From contig JAYQON010000007.1 in assembly GCA_038144835.1 (NCBI GenBank), positions 1 to 60,232 of the forward strand: DNA of 60,232 bases, written 5' to 3'. This DNA comes from Bdellovibrionales bacterium (lineage in GTDB: Bacteria; Bdellovibrionota; Bdellovibrionia; Bdellovibrionales; UBA1609). Under the pieces are notes generated by a model. The model made no database searches. It was not told the DNA's origin and worked only from the letters and a program-made list of their open reading frames with translations. The position numbers were made by a program, and so were the translations under genes. Shown in pieces: positions 28,516 through 37,769 of this stretch. Numbering within the stretch: position 1 is the first letter of the stretch; each line of letters starts with the position of its first letter.

Positions 28516-29187
28516 ATGTTCCAATCACGCACACCCATAGATTTAGTCATTTTTGACTTTGATGGCACTCTTGTCGATACGGCTCCCGACCTTATCCGCG
28601 CCACCAACTTGTATTTGGAGTCTCAAGGTTTTGACAGTCTGCCGGAAGAGCGCATTCGTTCCGAGATCGGCATGGGTCTGCGCAAACTGATTATCGATCT
28701 GTATCCGGAAGAGCATAAAGACGACCACTTTCGTCGCAGAATTGAGGGCGAATTTTTAGCTGTCTACGAACGCGAGTTTCTCACCAAGCCTCAGCTTTTT
28801 CCGGGAGTTCGCGAATTTCTGAGCGAATGGGATGGTCAGGTGGCCATCGTTTCCAATAAACGTGTTCGCTTTATACTCCCCATTCTTAAAAAACTGACTC
28901 TTCACACTCATCCATGGTCAGCTGTTGTTGGGGGGGATAGCTATGCGAATATGAAACCCCACCCTGAACCTCTTCTGGGAGCTATGGCCGCAGCTGGTGC
29001 AACTCCCGAAACCACTCTGATCGTAGGCGATGGATTACCTGATGTGCACGGCGCTCTTGCCGTAGGCTCTCGCTGTGTCGCCGTTAATTTTGGATACACG
29101 GAGAGTGCTTTGCTGATGGCCCAAGGGGCCTCACAAACAATTGATTCCTTTCACGAACTTTTGCCACTTATCCGCTCTCTAACATAG
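28516..29187 (+). CDS. HAD-family hydrolase, phosphoglycolate phosphatase-like
   Basis: FDFDGTLVDT, VSNK, KPHPEP, VGDGLPD. Confidence 0.9.
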   Translation: MFQSRTPIDLVIFDFDGTLVDTAPDLIRATNLYLESQGFDSLPEERIRSEIGMGLRKLIIDLYPEEHKDDHFRRRIEGEFLAVYEREFLTKPQLFPGVREFLSEWDGQVAIVSNKRVRFILPILKKLTLHTHPWSAVVGGDSYANMKPHPEPLLGAMAAAGATPETTLIVGDGLPDVHGALAVGSRCVAVNFGYTESALLMAQGASQTIDSFHELLPLIRSLT

Positions 29188-29263
29188 TGCGTCTTGAATC
29201 CTCTCCTTTTGACTTCAGTAACCCGATAACGCTATCCAACAAAGTTCTGTCCAGGAGGCTTAA

Positions 29264-31021
29264 ATGTTACGCAATCTCGCCCTGATTGTAGCCCTTTCAT
29301 CGACATTAATGAGCTGCACCAAACACTCGGATGTTCCCGAGAATGCCGTGCAATACCCGCTTCGGGTTAACCTCAGCAGCCTCGATCCTGCTCAATCCTC
29401 CAACGAAGCCACTAACGAGGTGGTGCCAAATATGTTTGAAGGGCTGCTTCAGTACCATTACTTGAAGCGCCCTTTGGTTGTGATTCCTCTTCTCGCTGAG
29501 GCCCTGCCTCAAGTCTCTAAAGATGGATTAACTCATACCTTCAAAATTAAAAAAGGTGTGCGCTTTCACGACTCAACTGCCTTTCCTAACGGCAAAGGGC
29601 GCGAAGTGACGGCACAAGACTTTGTTTATTCATGGAAACGTTTGGCCGATCCTGCGTCTAAATCCGAAGGCTGGTGGATTTTTGATGGCAAAATTAAAGG
29701 TCTTAATGAGTGGCGTGATCGTTTATCTAAAGGTGAGGCCACATACGACACTCCTGTCGAGGGTCTATCCGCGCCCGACACACACACACTGGTTGTGAAG
29801 CTGGCAAAACCTTACTACCAGTTGCACTACGTTCTCACCATGGCTTATGCGTCGGTTGTGCCCAGAGAGGCGATAGAAAAATTTGGTGCTGAGTTCATGA
29901 ACAACCCGGTAGGCACTGGCCCCTACCTCTTTGAAAGTTGGATCCGCGGCAACAAAGTCACTTTGAATAAAAATCCCAACTGGCACGGCGAATCCTATCC
30001 AACCGAGGGTGAACCGGGAGACAAAGAAGCTGGACTGTTAGTTGACGCAGGTAAAGCCTTACCTTTTATTGACCGCTTAGTGTTTCACGAAATGCCTGAA
30101 GATCAGCCCCGCTGGCTTAATCTGATGAAGGGTGCCGTCGATTTTTCTGGCATTCCTAAAGACAGTTTCGATGCGGCTGTACAGAATCAAAAAGAACTGA
30201 AGCCAGAACTAGGTGCTAAGGGAATTCGCCTTTTTATTTATCCGTGGCCAGATGTTGTTTACATGGGTTTTAACATGGAGGATTCGCTTGTTGGCAAAAA
30301 TCCCGAGCTGCGCAAAGCACTGTGCTACGCCTATGATCAGAAGACTGCGAGCCAAAAATTTTACAATGATCGTGTTCTGACAGCTCACTCCCCAATTGCA
30401 CCTGACATGGATGGCTACGATCCTGAATTTAAACTTCCATGCAAAGAATATAGCTTATCGAAAGCCAAAGAGGCGTTGAAGAAGGCCGGCTTTCCTGAAG
30501 GTAAAGGTTTACCTCCTATTGAGTACTCCACCAATGCGTCCACAACTGGTCGTCAGTTCGCTGAATATACGGCTCAGCAGTTGGAAAAAATTGGTGTCAA
30601 ACTCAACATTGTGACTAACTCTTGGCCGCAATTCCAAGATCGACTGCGCAATAAAAAGGCACAGATGTTTGGTCTTGCATGGGGCGCTGACTACCCAGAT
30701 GCAGAAAATATGTTGCAGCTTTTTTACGGACGTAACGTAAGCCCAGGTCCCAACAATACAAATTTCAAGAACAAAGATTTTGATAGCTTATATGAACAAG
30801 CACAAAAACTACCGAGCGGACCCGAGCGCACCAGGCTTTACAAGAAAATGCGTGATATCTTTGCGCGTGAACTCCCATGGATTCCGACGGTTCACCGCTT
30901 AGGCTATATGCTCGCTCATGGCTGGGTTTTGAATCTCAAACCTCATGAAATTATTGATGGGCATTATAAATACCTTCGTATCGATACCACTAAGAAGAAG
31001 GAACTAAAGGCGAAACTCTGA
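29264..31021 (+). CDS. oppA: Peptide ABC transporter substrate-binding lipoprotein (family 5)
   Basis: Lipobox LMSC, SLDPA, PVGTGPY, WGADYPDAEN; AGGAGG RBS. Confidence 0.92.
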   Translation: MLRNLALIVALSSTLMSCTKHSDVPENAVQYPLRVNLSSLDPAQSSNEATNEVVPNMFEGLLQYHYLKRPLVVIPLLAEALPQVSKDGLTHTFKIKKGVRFHDSTAFPNGKGREVTAQDFVYSWKRLADPASKSEGWWIFDGKIKGLNEWRDRLSKGEATYDTPVEGLSAPDTHTLVVKLAKPYYQLHYVLTMAYASVVPREAIEKFGAEFMNNPVGTGPYLFESWIRGNKVTLNKNPNWHGESYPTEGEPGDKEAGLLVDAGKALPFIDRLVFHEMPEDQPRWLNLMKGAVDFSGIPKDSFDAAVQNQKELKPELGAKGIRLFIYPWPDVVYMGFNMEDSLVGKNPELRKALCYAYDQKTASQKFYNDRVLTAHSPIAPDMDGYDPEFKLPCKEYSLSKAKEALKKAGFPEGKGLPPIEYSTNASTTGRQFAEYTAQQLEKIGVKLNIVTNSWPQFQDRLRNKKAQMFGLAWGADYPDAENMLQLFYGRNVSPGPNNTNFKNKDFDSLYEQAQKLPSGPERTRLYKKMRDIFARELPWIPTVHRLGYMLAHGWVLNLKPHEIIDGHYKYLRIDTTKKKELKAKL

Positions 31022-31956
31022 TGATCAAATACCTTCTACGCCGTCTGCTTTACATGATCCCGATTATGTTCGGGATCACTCTTGTCACTTTTTTACTCTT
31101 TAACGTTGCCGGTGGTGATCCGGCAGCTCAGGCGGCAGGTCGTTACGCAACTCCCGAACAAATTCAAGTGATGCGCACTCAGATGGGTTTAGATAAGCCT
31201 ATCTATTACCAATACTTGGACTTGGTTAAGTCGATTTTCACTTTGAACTTTGGACGTTCTTGGTCCTCCAAACAAGAAATTACCCGAATGATTCTCAATG
31301 GGATTGGGCCTTCTTTAACCGTGACGCTACCCGGTTTTTTACTGTCACTGCTGATCACCATACCTTTGGCTTTGCTGCTAGCGCATCGTCGAGGAAGCCT
31401 CATAGACAAAGGGGCCCTAGTGATCTGCCTTGCTTTAACCTCAATCAGCTCTGTTGTTTATGTGCTCGCGGGTCAGTACTTACTGAGTTACAAAATTGGT
31501 ATTTTTCCAATTTCAGGTTGGGATCCCTCCTGGGACGGCCGCTGGCAATATGCAATTTTGCCCATCCTGATCATGGTCATACTCTCGCTCGGCAGCTATA
31601 TTCTTTTTTTTCGCACGGTATTTTTAGATGAAATTTACCAAGACTACGTGCGCACCGCGCGCTCAAAGGGATTGGCGAATCGGACTATCTTACTGAAACA
31701 TGTTTTGCGCAATGCCATGGTGCCCATCATCACCCTGGTGGTTCTACAAATACCTTTTTTAATCGTCGGTTCTCTATTGATTGAATCTTTTTTCTCCATT
31801 CCGGGCCTAGGTGGCTTAATTTTTCAAGCGATCCAAGAAGCCGATTTTCCAGTTATAAAAGCAATGACGATTATGAGTGCGTTTCTTTATATGGCCTTTC
31901 AGCTCATCAGCGACCTTCTTTACGCACTAGTTGATCCAAAAATTAGGTTGGGGTGA
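31021..31956 (+). CDS. oppB: Peptide ABC transporter permease
   Basis: GGDPA, DYVRTARSKGL, HVLRNA, FSIPGLG. Confidence 0.93.
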   Translation: MIKYLLRRLLYMIPIMFGITLVTFLLFNVAGGDPAAQAAGRYATPEQIQVMRTQMGLDKPIYYQYLDLVKSIFTLNFGRSWSSKQEITRMILNGIGPSLTVTLPGFLLSLLITIPLALLLAHRRGSLIDKGALVICLALTSISSVVYVLAGQYLLSYKIGIFPISGWDPSWDGRWQYAILPILIMVILSLGSYILFFRTVFLDEIYQDYVRTARSKGLANRTILLKHVLRNAMVPIITLVVLQIPFLIVGSLLIESFFSIPGLGGLIFQAIQEADFPVIKAMTIMSAFLYMAFQLISDLLYALVDPKIRLG

Positions 31957-31959
31957 GAA

Positions 31960-32871
31960 ATGGCGCAACCGGCAGTTGAAAATATTGTAACTCCTGCGGC
32001 AACATCGGCTCCCGCACAGGGCCGCAGCCTTTGGTCGGATGCCTTTATTCGACTGAGACGCGACAAAATGGCCATGATCTCTTTGGCAATCATTGCAATT
32101 TACCTGTTGATGGCTTTGCTGTGCGCTACCAACCTTATCTTCACTGGATATGCCGCGACTGATAACTCCTTGGCTTATCAAGGACCCTCATTTCAATTCT
32201 GGTTAGGAACCGATATCTTTGGCAGAGATGTTTTGGCGCGAGCCGTTCACGGCACAGTAACCTCACTTGTAGTTGGTTTTTTTGGCGCAGCTCTGGCCGT
32301 AATGGTGGGTACCGTGCTTGGTGCACTAGCAGGTTACTTCGGTGGGTGGATCGATGAACTCATTGTTTGGTTTTACACGACCGTGGACACGATTCCTTAT
32401 ATTTTGCTAGTTGTGGCCTTTTCATTTGTGGTGGGCCCAGGCCTAAGCACCTTATGTCTGGCTATCGGGCTTACCTCTTGGATTAGCCACTGCCGGATTG
32501 TGCGCAGTGAGTTTATGAAGCATCGGGAACGTGAATATGTACAAGGCGCCGCAGCACTAGGAGCCGGCCATTTTCGGCGAATTTTTCTTCACATTCTGCC
32601 CAATACATTTCACTTGGTGTTGATTAACTTTAGCCTCTTGTTCGTCACGGCTGTAAAGTCGGAAGTTATTCTGAGCTATCTGGGCTTAGGCGTTGCTCCC
32701 GGCACACCGAGTTGGGGAATGATGATAAGCGACGCCAAACTCGAATTGTTCCGCGGTGTCTGGTGGGGCTTAGCAGCGGCCACTATCTTTATGTTTTTCT
32801 TAGTGTTAGCGTTTACACTTTTCAACGATGCCTTACGCGATGCCCTTGATCCAAAACTCAAAGGTCGTTAG
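31960..32871 (+). CDS. oppC: Peptide ABC transporter permease
   Basis: LGTDIFGRD, EYVQGAAALGA, HILPN, PSWGMMI, DALRDALDP. Confidence 0.93.
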   Translation: MAQPAVENIVTPAATSAPAQGRSLWSDAFIRLRRDKMAMISLAIIAIYLLMALLCATNLIFTGYAATDNSLAYQGPSFQFWLGTDIFGRDVLARAVHGTVTSLVVGFFGAALAVMVGTVLGALAGYFGGWIDELIVWFYTTVDTIPYILLVVAFSFVVGPGLSTLCLAIGLTSWISHCRIVRSEFMKHREREYVQGAAALGAGHFRRIFLHILPNTFHLVLINFSLLFVTAVKSEVILSYLGLGVAPGTPSWGMMISDAKLELFRGVWWGLAAATIFMFFLVLAFTLFNDALRDALDPKLKGR

Positions 32872-32912
32872 GTAGAAGTTTAGCTTAGGACGGATTGAAG
32901 GAGTGAGAATTC

Positions 32913-34628
32913 ATGTCTGAGTCGATCATTCAGGTGCGTAACCTTTCGGTGGAATTTCGAACGGATGACGGTACCATCAAAGCAGTAAAAAACATCTCCT
33001 TTGATATCCCTCGTGGCAAAACTGTCGGTCTGGTTGGTGAATCTGGCTCAGGCAAAAGTGTGACCTCATTGGCAGTGATGCGCCTGATACCGAATCCGCC
33101 GGGCAAGGTGACATCGGGAGAAATTCTTCTCAACGGCAGTGACCTTTTAAAACTCAGCGAATCGCAAATGCGCACCGTGCGCGGCAACAAAGTTTCGATG
33201 ATCTTTCAAGAACCTATGACCAGCTTGAACCCCGTGTTCACCGTAGGCGATCAGATTGCTGAAACTCTTATGTTACATCAAAAACTATCCAAACCTCAGG
33301 CATTGGAAAAAACCCTCGATTTACTCAGACAAGTCGGCATTCCCAATCCCACCGAACGTATCAAGAGCTATCCTCATGAAATGTCCGGAGGCCAACGTCA
33401 GCGAGTGATGATCGCTATGGCGATCGCTTGCGAGCCCGATGTTTTGATAGCCGATGAGCCAACAACCGCTCTCGATGTCACTATTCAAAAACAAATTCTC
33501 GAGCTCTTAGCTGATCTACAAAAAAAATACGGAATGTCGATTTTATTCATCACTCACGATCTTGGCGTCATTGCTGATATCGCTGATGAAGTGGTCGTGA
33601 TGTACCGGGGCGATATTGTTGAAAAGGGTCCATCTGATCAAATTTTTTTAAACCCCAAGCACCCCTACACAAAAGGACTCCTCGCCTGTCGGCCCTCGCT
33701 TGATAAAAATCCTCGCCGTCTACCTGTAGTCAGCGATTTTATGACACCTGATGGTCGCGAAAAGACCTTGGATATCGAAGTTTTAAAGCAGCAAAAAACG
33801 ACACGCGACATTTCATCGCAGCAATCGATCCTGCTTGAAATCAAAAATGTGAAGAAACATTTTCCCTTGAAAAAAGGATTTTTCGGAGATGTTAAAAGCT
33901 GGGTAAAGGCTGTAGACGATGTGACTTTAAATGTTCGTCGGGGTCGCACCCTCGGACTCGTTGGCGAATCTGGCTGCGGCAAAACTACCCTAGGTAGAAC
34001 CATCTTGCGACTTGTTGAACCCACCGACGGCAGTATTATTTATAGTGGCACGGACATAACTAAGCTTAATCGCGAGCAAATGCGAGCTATGCGTCGCAAA
34101 ATGCAGATTATCTTCCAAGACCCCTACGCTTCGCTAAATCCTCGCATGACCATTGGCGCCGCGTTGATGGAACCAATGATTATTCATAACCTTGGCTCCG
34201 ATCGCAGCGAGCGCCTTGAGATGGCAGGCGAACTAATGAAAAAAGTTGGCCTCGATCGAGCCATGCTCAATCGCTATCCGCATGAATTTTCTGGCGGGCA
34301 AAGGCAAAGAATCTGCATTGCGAGGGCCCTTGCTGTTAAGCCCGAGTTCATCATTTGCGACGAATCGGTTTCAGCCCTGGACGTGTCGATTCAAGCTCAA
34401 ATTCTCAACCTTCTTCTCGATCTCCAAGAAGAGATGAACCTAACCTACGTATTCATTTCACATGATTTAGCTGTAGTGAAATTTATCTCAGACGAGGTGG
34501 CCGTTATGTACAACGGTCAGGTGGTCGAGATGAACGATGCCGTCGGCATATACGAAAATCCTCAACACGACTACACAAAGAAACTACTCAGTGCCATCCC
34601 CAAAGGGATGCCGAAGCATCTGCTCTAG
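32913..34628 (+). CDS. Peptide ABC transporter ATP-binding protein (fused OppD/OppF)
   Basis: Two Walker A motifs ([16 protein letters not shown]) and two SGGQRQR signatures. Confidence 0.95.
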   Translation: MSESIIQVRNLSVEFRTDDGTIKAVKNISFDIPRGKTVGLVGESGSGKSVTSLAVMRLIPNPPGKVTSGEILLNGSDLLKLSESQMRTVRGNKVSMIFQEPMTSLNPVFTVGDQIAETLMLHQKLSKPQALEKTLDLLRQVGIPNPTERIKSYPHEMSGGQRQRVMIAMAIACEPDVLIADEPTTALDVTIQKQILELLADLQKKYGMSILFITHDLGVIADIADEVVVMYRGDIVEKGPSDQIFLNPKHPYTKGLLACRPSLDKNPRRLPVVSDFMTPDGREKTLDIEVLKQQKTTRDISSQQSILLEIKNVKKHFPLKKGFFGDVKSWVKAVDDVTLNVRRGRTLGLVGESGCGKTTLGRTILRLVEPTDGSIIYSGTDITKLNREQMRAMRRKMQIIFQDPYASLNPRMTIGAALMEPMIIHNLGSDRSERLEMAGELMKKVGLDRAMLNRYPHEFSGGQRQRICIARALAVKPEFIICDESVSALDVSIQAQILNLLLDLQEEMNLTYVFISHDLAVVKFISDEVAVMYNGQVVEMNDAVGIYENPQHDYTKKLLSAIPKGMPKHLL

Positions 34629-34657
34629 GCGCTGTTTAAAGAAGCGCCTAACTTTTG
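34626..34657 (+). terminator. Putative terminator after the opp operon
   Basis: TAGGCGCT-N9-AGCGCCTA followed by ACTTTTG. Confidence 0.6.
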
Positions 34658-34738
34658 TTCGCTCACTGAAAAAAATTTAAATGTAACACAATCATTCTGA
34701 AGCAAAACATCCTTAGTTTGATAGAGCGATCCATTCGT

Positions 34739-34754
34739 AGGCACATTTTTTGTA
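34739..34754 (+). promoter_or_regulatory. sigma54-like promoter (GT variant at -12)
   Basis: AGGCACATTTTTTGTA: GG-N10-GT. Confidence 0.4.
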
Positions 34755-34791
34755 AAACATGCTTTGACTGAACAACCTACACGAGAAGCAT

Positions 34792-36429
34792 GTGAGCCGA
34801 GCAAACATATTGCGATATATAAATAGCTCCGATACCCGATTTAAAAATAATGGACTATTTTACAAACCAAATAGATGTTTGCTGCTGACTTATAGAATCT
34901 TTCGCAACGATTTTCTCTTTACGTTATTTTTTTTTGCTTTTTTATCATTTAACCAAGCGTCATCAGTTAAGGCGTTTGCTGATTCGAATAAATCCTCTTT
35001 TCGTGTAGGCGTTTATTCAATTTCAAAAAGTTTTGATCCAGCGTCAATTCTTGATTTGAGCAATGCCCTCTTGTCTAGGCAGATTTTTTACTACCTCTAT
35101 CGCTTTAATCACACGAATGATCTTCAGCCAGAAGCGGTGTTATCTCACTCAATCCAGAATGAAGGAAGAAAATATACAATCAATTTGCGCAGGGGCTTAT
35201 ACTTTGCTGATGGTTCGGAGATAACTGCTGCTGATGTTGTTTACACTGTTAATAGAGTTTTAAGAAAAAACGGCGCCTCTATGGCCTGGGCACTTGGCTC
35301 AATTATTGGATACGAAGATTCTGTTAAATCCATACATAAGGCATTTATCGAGCTTCGTGGCGTTCGAATTGTCGGTCAGTTTTCTTTTGAAATAAACTTA
35401 AAAGAACCTTTTCGCGACATACTTCAGACAATGGCAACTCCCTATTTTGGCATCGTTAAAAAGGGCACTGCTTTGGCAGTCGATGTTATGCCTAATGATC
35501 AGTATCTAATAAAACGGCACTCCCCCGATCGAATAGTTCTCATACCTCACGGCACAAACAGACTCGCAAATTTGGGGTTAAAACTTGAGTTTGTCAAAAT
35601 TGGCTCTCCTTTTGTTGCCTATAACCTTGCATCACAGGGTCTCTTGGATTTTATTTTTCCTGTAATAGAAACTCACGTACCTGAAGGATTTCAAAAGCTA
35701 AGCATCGACTCACTAAATATAGTGATTGTGCAATTCAACACAAAGAAGGCCGCTTTCAATACCAAAGAGAAACGCTGTGATTTTGCGAAAAAATTTAATC
35801 AGACCGTCAAAAATATACCCCAAATTGGACAACGGATACGCGTTGGATTGCCATTTACTACCGGCATTTTCAATGACAATACCAATTCCGAGAAGATTTA
35901 TAAGGTATTGCCCAACAACCAAAAATTGAAATCAACGCACACTCTGAGTCTGGACTACATTGACTCTGTCGCTGTCTTTGGTCCAAACGATCTAAAAGCT
36001 ATTGAAAAACAGATGAATATCTACGGCTACAAAATAAAATTTAAGAAGAGGCCTTTGTCAGATTTTTTGAATAGGGGCAAAAAAGGCGACTTCGATTTAG
36101 CTCTTTGGGGCTATGGATTAGACTATTTTTCACCAGATGCTCTTCTGACTCCCCTTTTAGGCTCAGATCAACAGTATAATTTTTCGCGCTTCTCTGATGA
36201 CAAGTACGATGAACGCATTAAGCGCGTTCGCCTAGCTCAAAGCGATGATGACCGCGCAGTTATTTACAGCGCTCTTTTTCGCCAGGTGGACGAGATGTGT
36301 CCAGTCATTTTTTTAGGAACTCAGAAGCATAGTCTGTTGGTCGCTAAAGAGTTTAGCCTGATAACACCCCCATCTTCAATCGGCGTACATACCTATATAT
36401 TTTCTGAAACTATCAGGAGAACGCATTGA
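34792..36429 (+). CDS. Orphan family-5 (peptide/nickel) substrate-binding protein
   Basis: SFDPA, LYFADGSEITAADVVYT, GDFDLAL, YNFSRFSD. True start may be TTG 34879, just before the signal-like segment. Confidence 0.8.
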   Translation: MSRANILRYINSSDTRFKNNGLFYKPNRCLLLTYRIFRNDFLFTLFFFAFLSFNQASSVKAFADSNKSSFRVGVYSISKSFDPASILDLSNALLSRQIFYYLYRFNHTNDLQPEAVLSHSIQNEGRKYTINLRRGLYFADGSEITAADVVYTVNRVLRKNGASMAWALGSIIGYEDSVKSIHKAFIELRGVRIVGQFSFEINLKEPFRDILQTMATPYFGIVKKGTALAVDVMPNDQYLIKRHSPDRIVLIPHGTNRLANLGLKLEFVKIGSPFVAYNLASQGLLDFIFPVIETHVPEGFQKLSIDSLNIVIVQFNTKKAAFNTKEKRCDFAKKFNQTVKNIPQIGQRIRVGLPFTTGIFNDNTNSEKIYKVLPNNQKLKSTHTLSLDYIDSVAVFGPNDLKAIEKQMNIYGYKIKFKKRPLSDFLNRGKKGDFDLALWGYGLDYFSPDALLTPLLGSDQQYNFSRFSDDKYDERIKRVRLAQSDDDRAVIYSALFRQVDEMCPVIFLGTQKHSLLVAKEFSLITPPSSIGVHTYIFSETIRRTH

Positions 36430-37769
36430 AGCTGGCAAATAAGCTTCTTCGTTCAGTATTATGGACGTCTTTGGCATTTGGATGCGCCGGGATTATGGTT
36501 GGACTTGCGTACAATCGCAACGTGTTCTTGGATTCCATTCGCATACGCTTGGATCGAGAGCTGCAAACCACGGGTGCGACAATTATACGGTATTATCTTT
36601 ATGGAGATCTAATTGGTCTCAGGTCTACTTTAGATGCACTGGCATCGGTTAATGATTGGTGCAATGGCAAATTCAAGGATCAGAACGATGAGGTGATTTG
36701 GATCTATAGATCCGAAAAATCTGAGCTCTGCAAAAGCCAGTTTGCATTGTTTTGGGGAGCCGATCAAATATCCGATTCAATTATGGTTCGAAGAATAAAC
36801 AATCAGGCGATCGGCGAACTTTCGATTTCAGTTCCGGTAATTTCAGAGTCGCATTTAATGTATGATCTTCTCATCTCTTTTTTTGTTCCATTTCTGATTT
36901 TTTGGATTCTCTTTCTTGTAGTCATTAAATACTCGATGAAAAATCTTCTTATTCCCTTGAACGCCTTTGCCCAACAACTAAAGCAATATGGCGCGGAGCT
37001 CAACTTTCAATTGAGCTCCGATAAATCTAGCGATGAAATCGGTCAGATCAAAGGAATGTTCGAAGAACTAAGGCTTCGATGGCACCAATCCATCGAGCAA
37101 GTAAGACAGGCTGAGGCCGATATTGCTGTTGCTCGGATTTCTGCTCAAGTTGCCCATGACATTAGGTCACCTCTTACGGCCTTGAATATGATTCAAGACC
37201 GTCTACCTGGAATTAGTGTAGAGCAGAGGGATCTCTTGCGTTCGGCAATAAAGCGCATCAGTGACATATCGGATAACCTAAGGGATACAGAGGCAAAAGA
37301 TAAGACTGAATCGGTCGATCTAATTCCACTAATTCAGCGTGCAATTGCAGAAAAACAGATCGAATGGGAGCAAAAACGTCGGTCAAAAATAACATTTCGC
37401 CTTTTGGGTGCAGAAAAAAACGTTACGGTATTGGGTCTCGGTAGAGACTTAGAGAGAATTATTTCCAACCTTTTGAATAATTCAATCGAAGCTGTACCTC
37501 TTGACCGGGCACCGATCTGCGAGATTGTGGTGAGTACTGAGCGAGATTACGCCAGAATTGAAATTCGTGACAATGGAGATGGAATTCCTAAAGAAATTTT
37601 AAATCATTTAGGCCAGCGTGGATTAACCTTCGGGAAGCCGACGGGCACTGGACTGGGGCTATGGTACGCTCTCAACCGCATATACGCTTGGAAAGGCACA
37701 GTACAAATTTCTTCTCAAGAAAACGTTGGCACTTCTATTGTTTTTTGTTTGCGCCGTTGCTTTTTATGA
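36426..37769 (+). CDS. Membrane sensor histidine kinase
   Basis: Two TMs; H-box QVAHDIRSPL, N-box NLLNNSIEA, DNGDGI, GTGLGL; 4-nt overlap with the SBP gene. Confidence 0.92.
   Translation: MKLANKLLRSVLWTSLAFGCAGIMVGLAYNRNVFLDSIRIRLDRELQTTGATIIRYYLYGDLIGLRSTLDALASVNDWCNGKFKDQNDEVIWIYRSEKSELCKSQFALFWGADQISDSIMVRRINNQAIGELSISVPVISESHLMYDLLISFFVPFLIFWILFLVVIKYSMKNLLIPLNAFAQQLKQYGAELNFQLSSDKSSDEIGQIKGMFEELRLRWHQSIEQVRQAEADIAVARISAQVAHDIRSPLTALNMIQDRLPGISVEQRDLLRSAIKRISDISDNLRDTEAKDKTESVDLIPLIQRAIAEKQIEWEQKRRSKITFRLLGAEKNVTVLGLGRDLERIISNLLNNSIEAVPLDRAPICEIVVSTERDYARIEIRDNGDGIPKEILNHLGQRGLTFGKPTGTGLGLWYALNRIYAWKGTVQISSQENVGTSIVFCLRRCFL

Noticed and set aside
29200-29230. CCCGATAA as a sigma28 promoter for oppA
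   Set aside because: No TAAA/TCAA-like -35 at the 15-nt spacing.
34790-34795. ATGTGA start-stop overlapping the SBP GTG start
   Set aside because: Expected by chance, and the real SBP start is itself uncertain.
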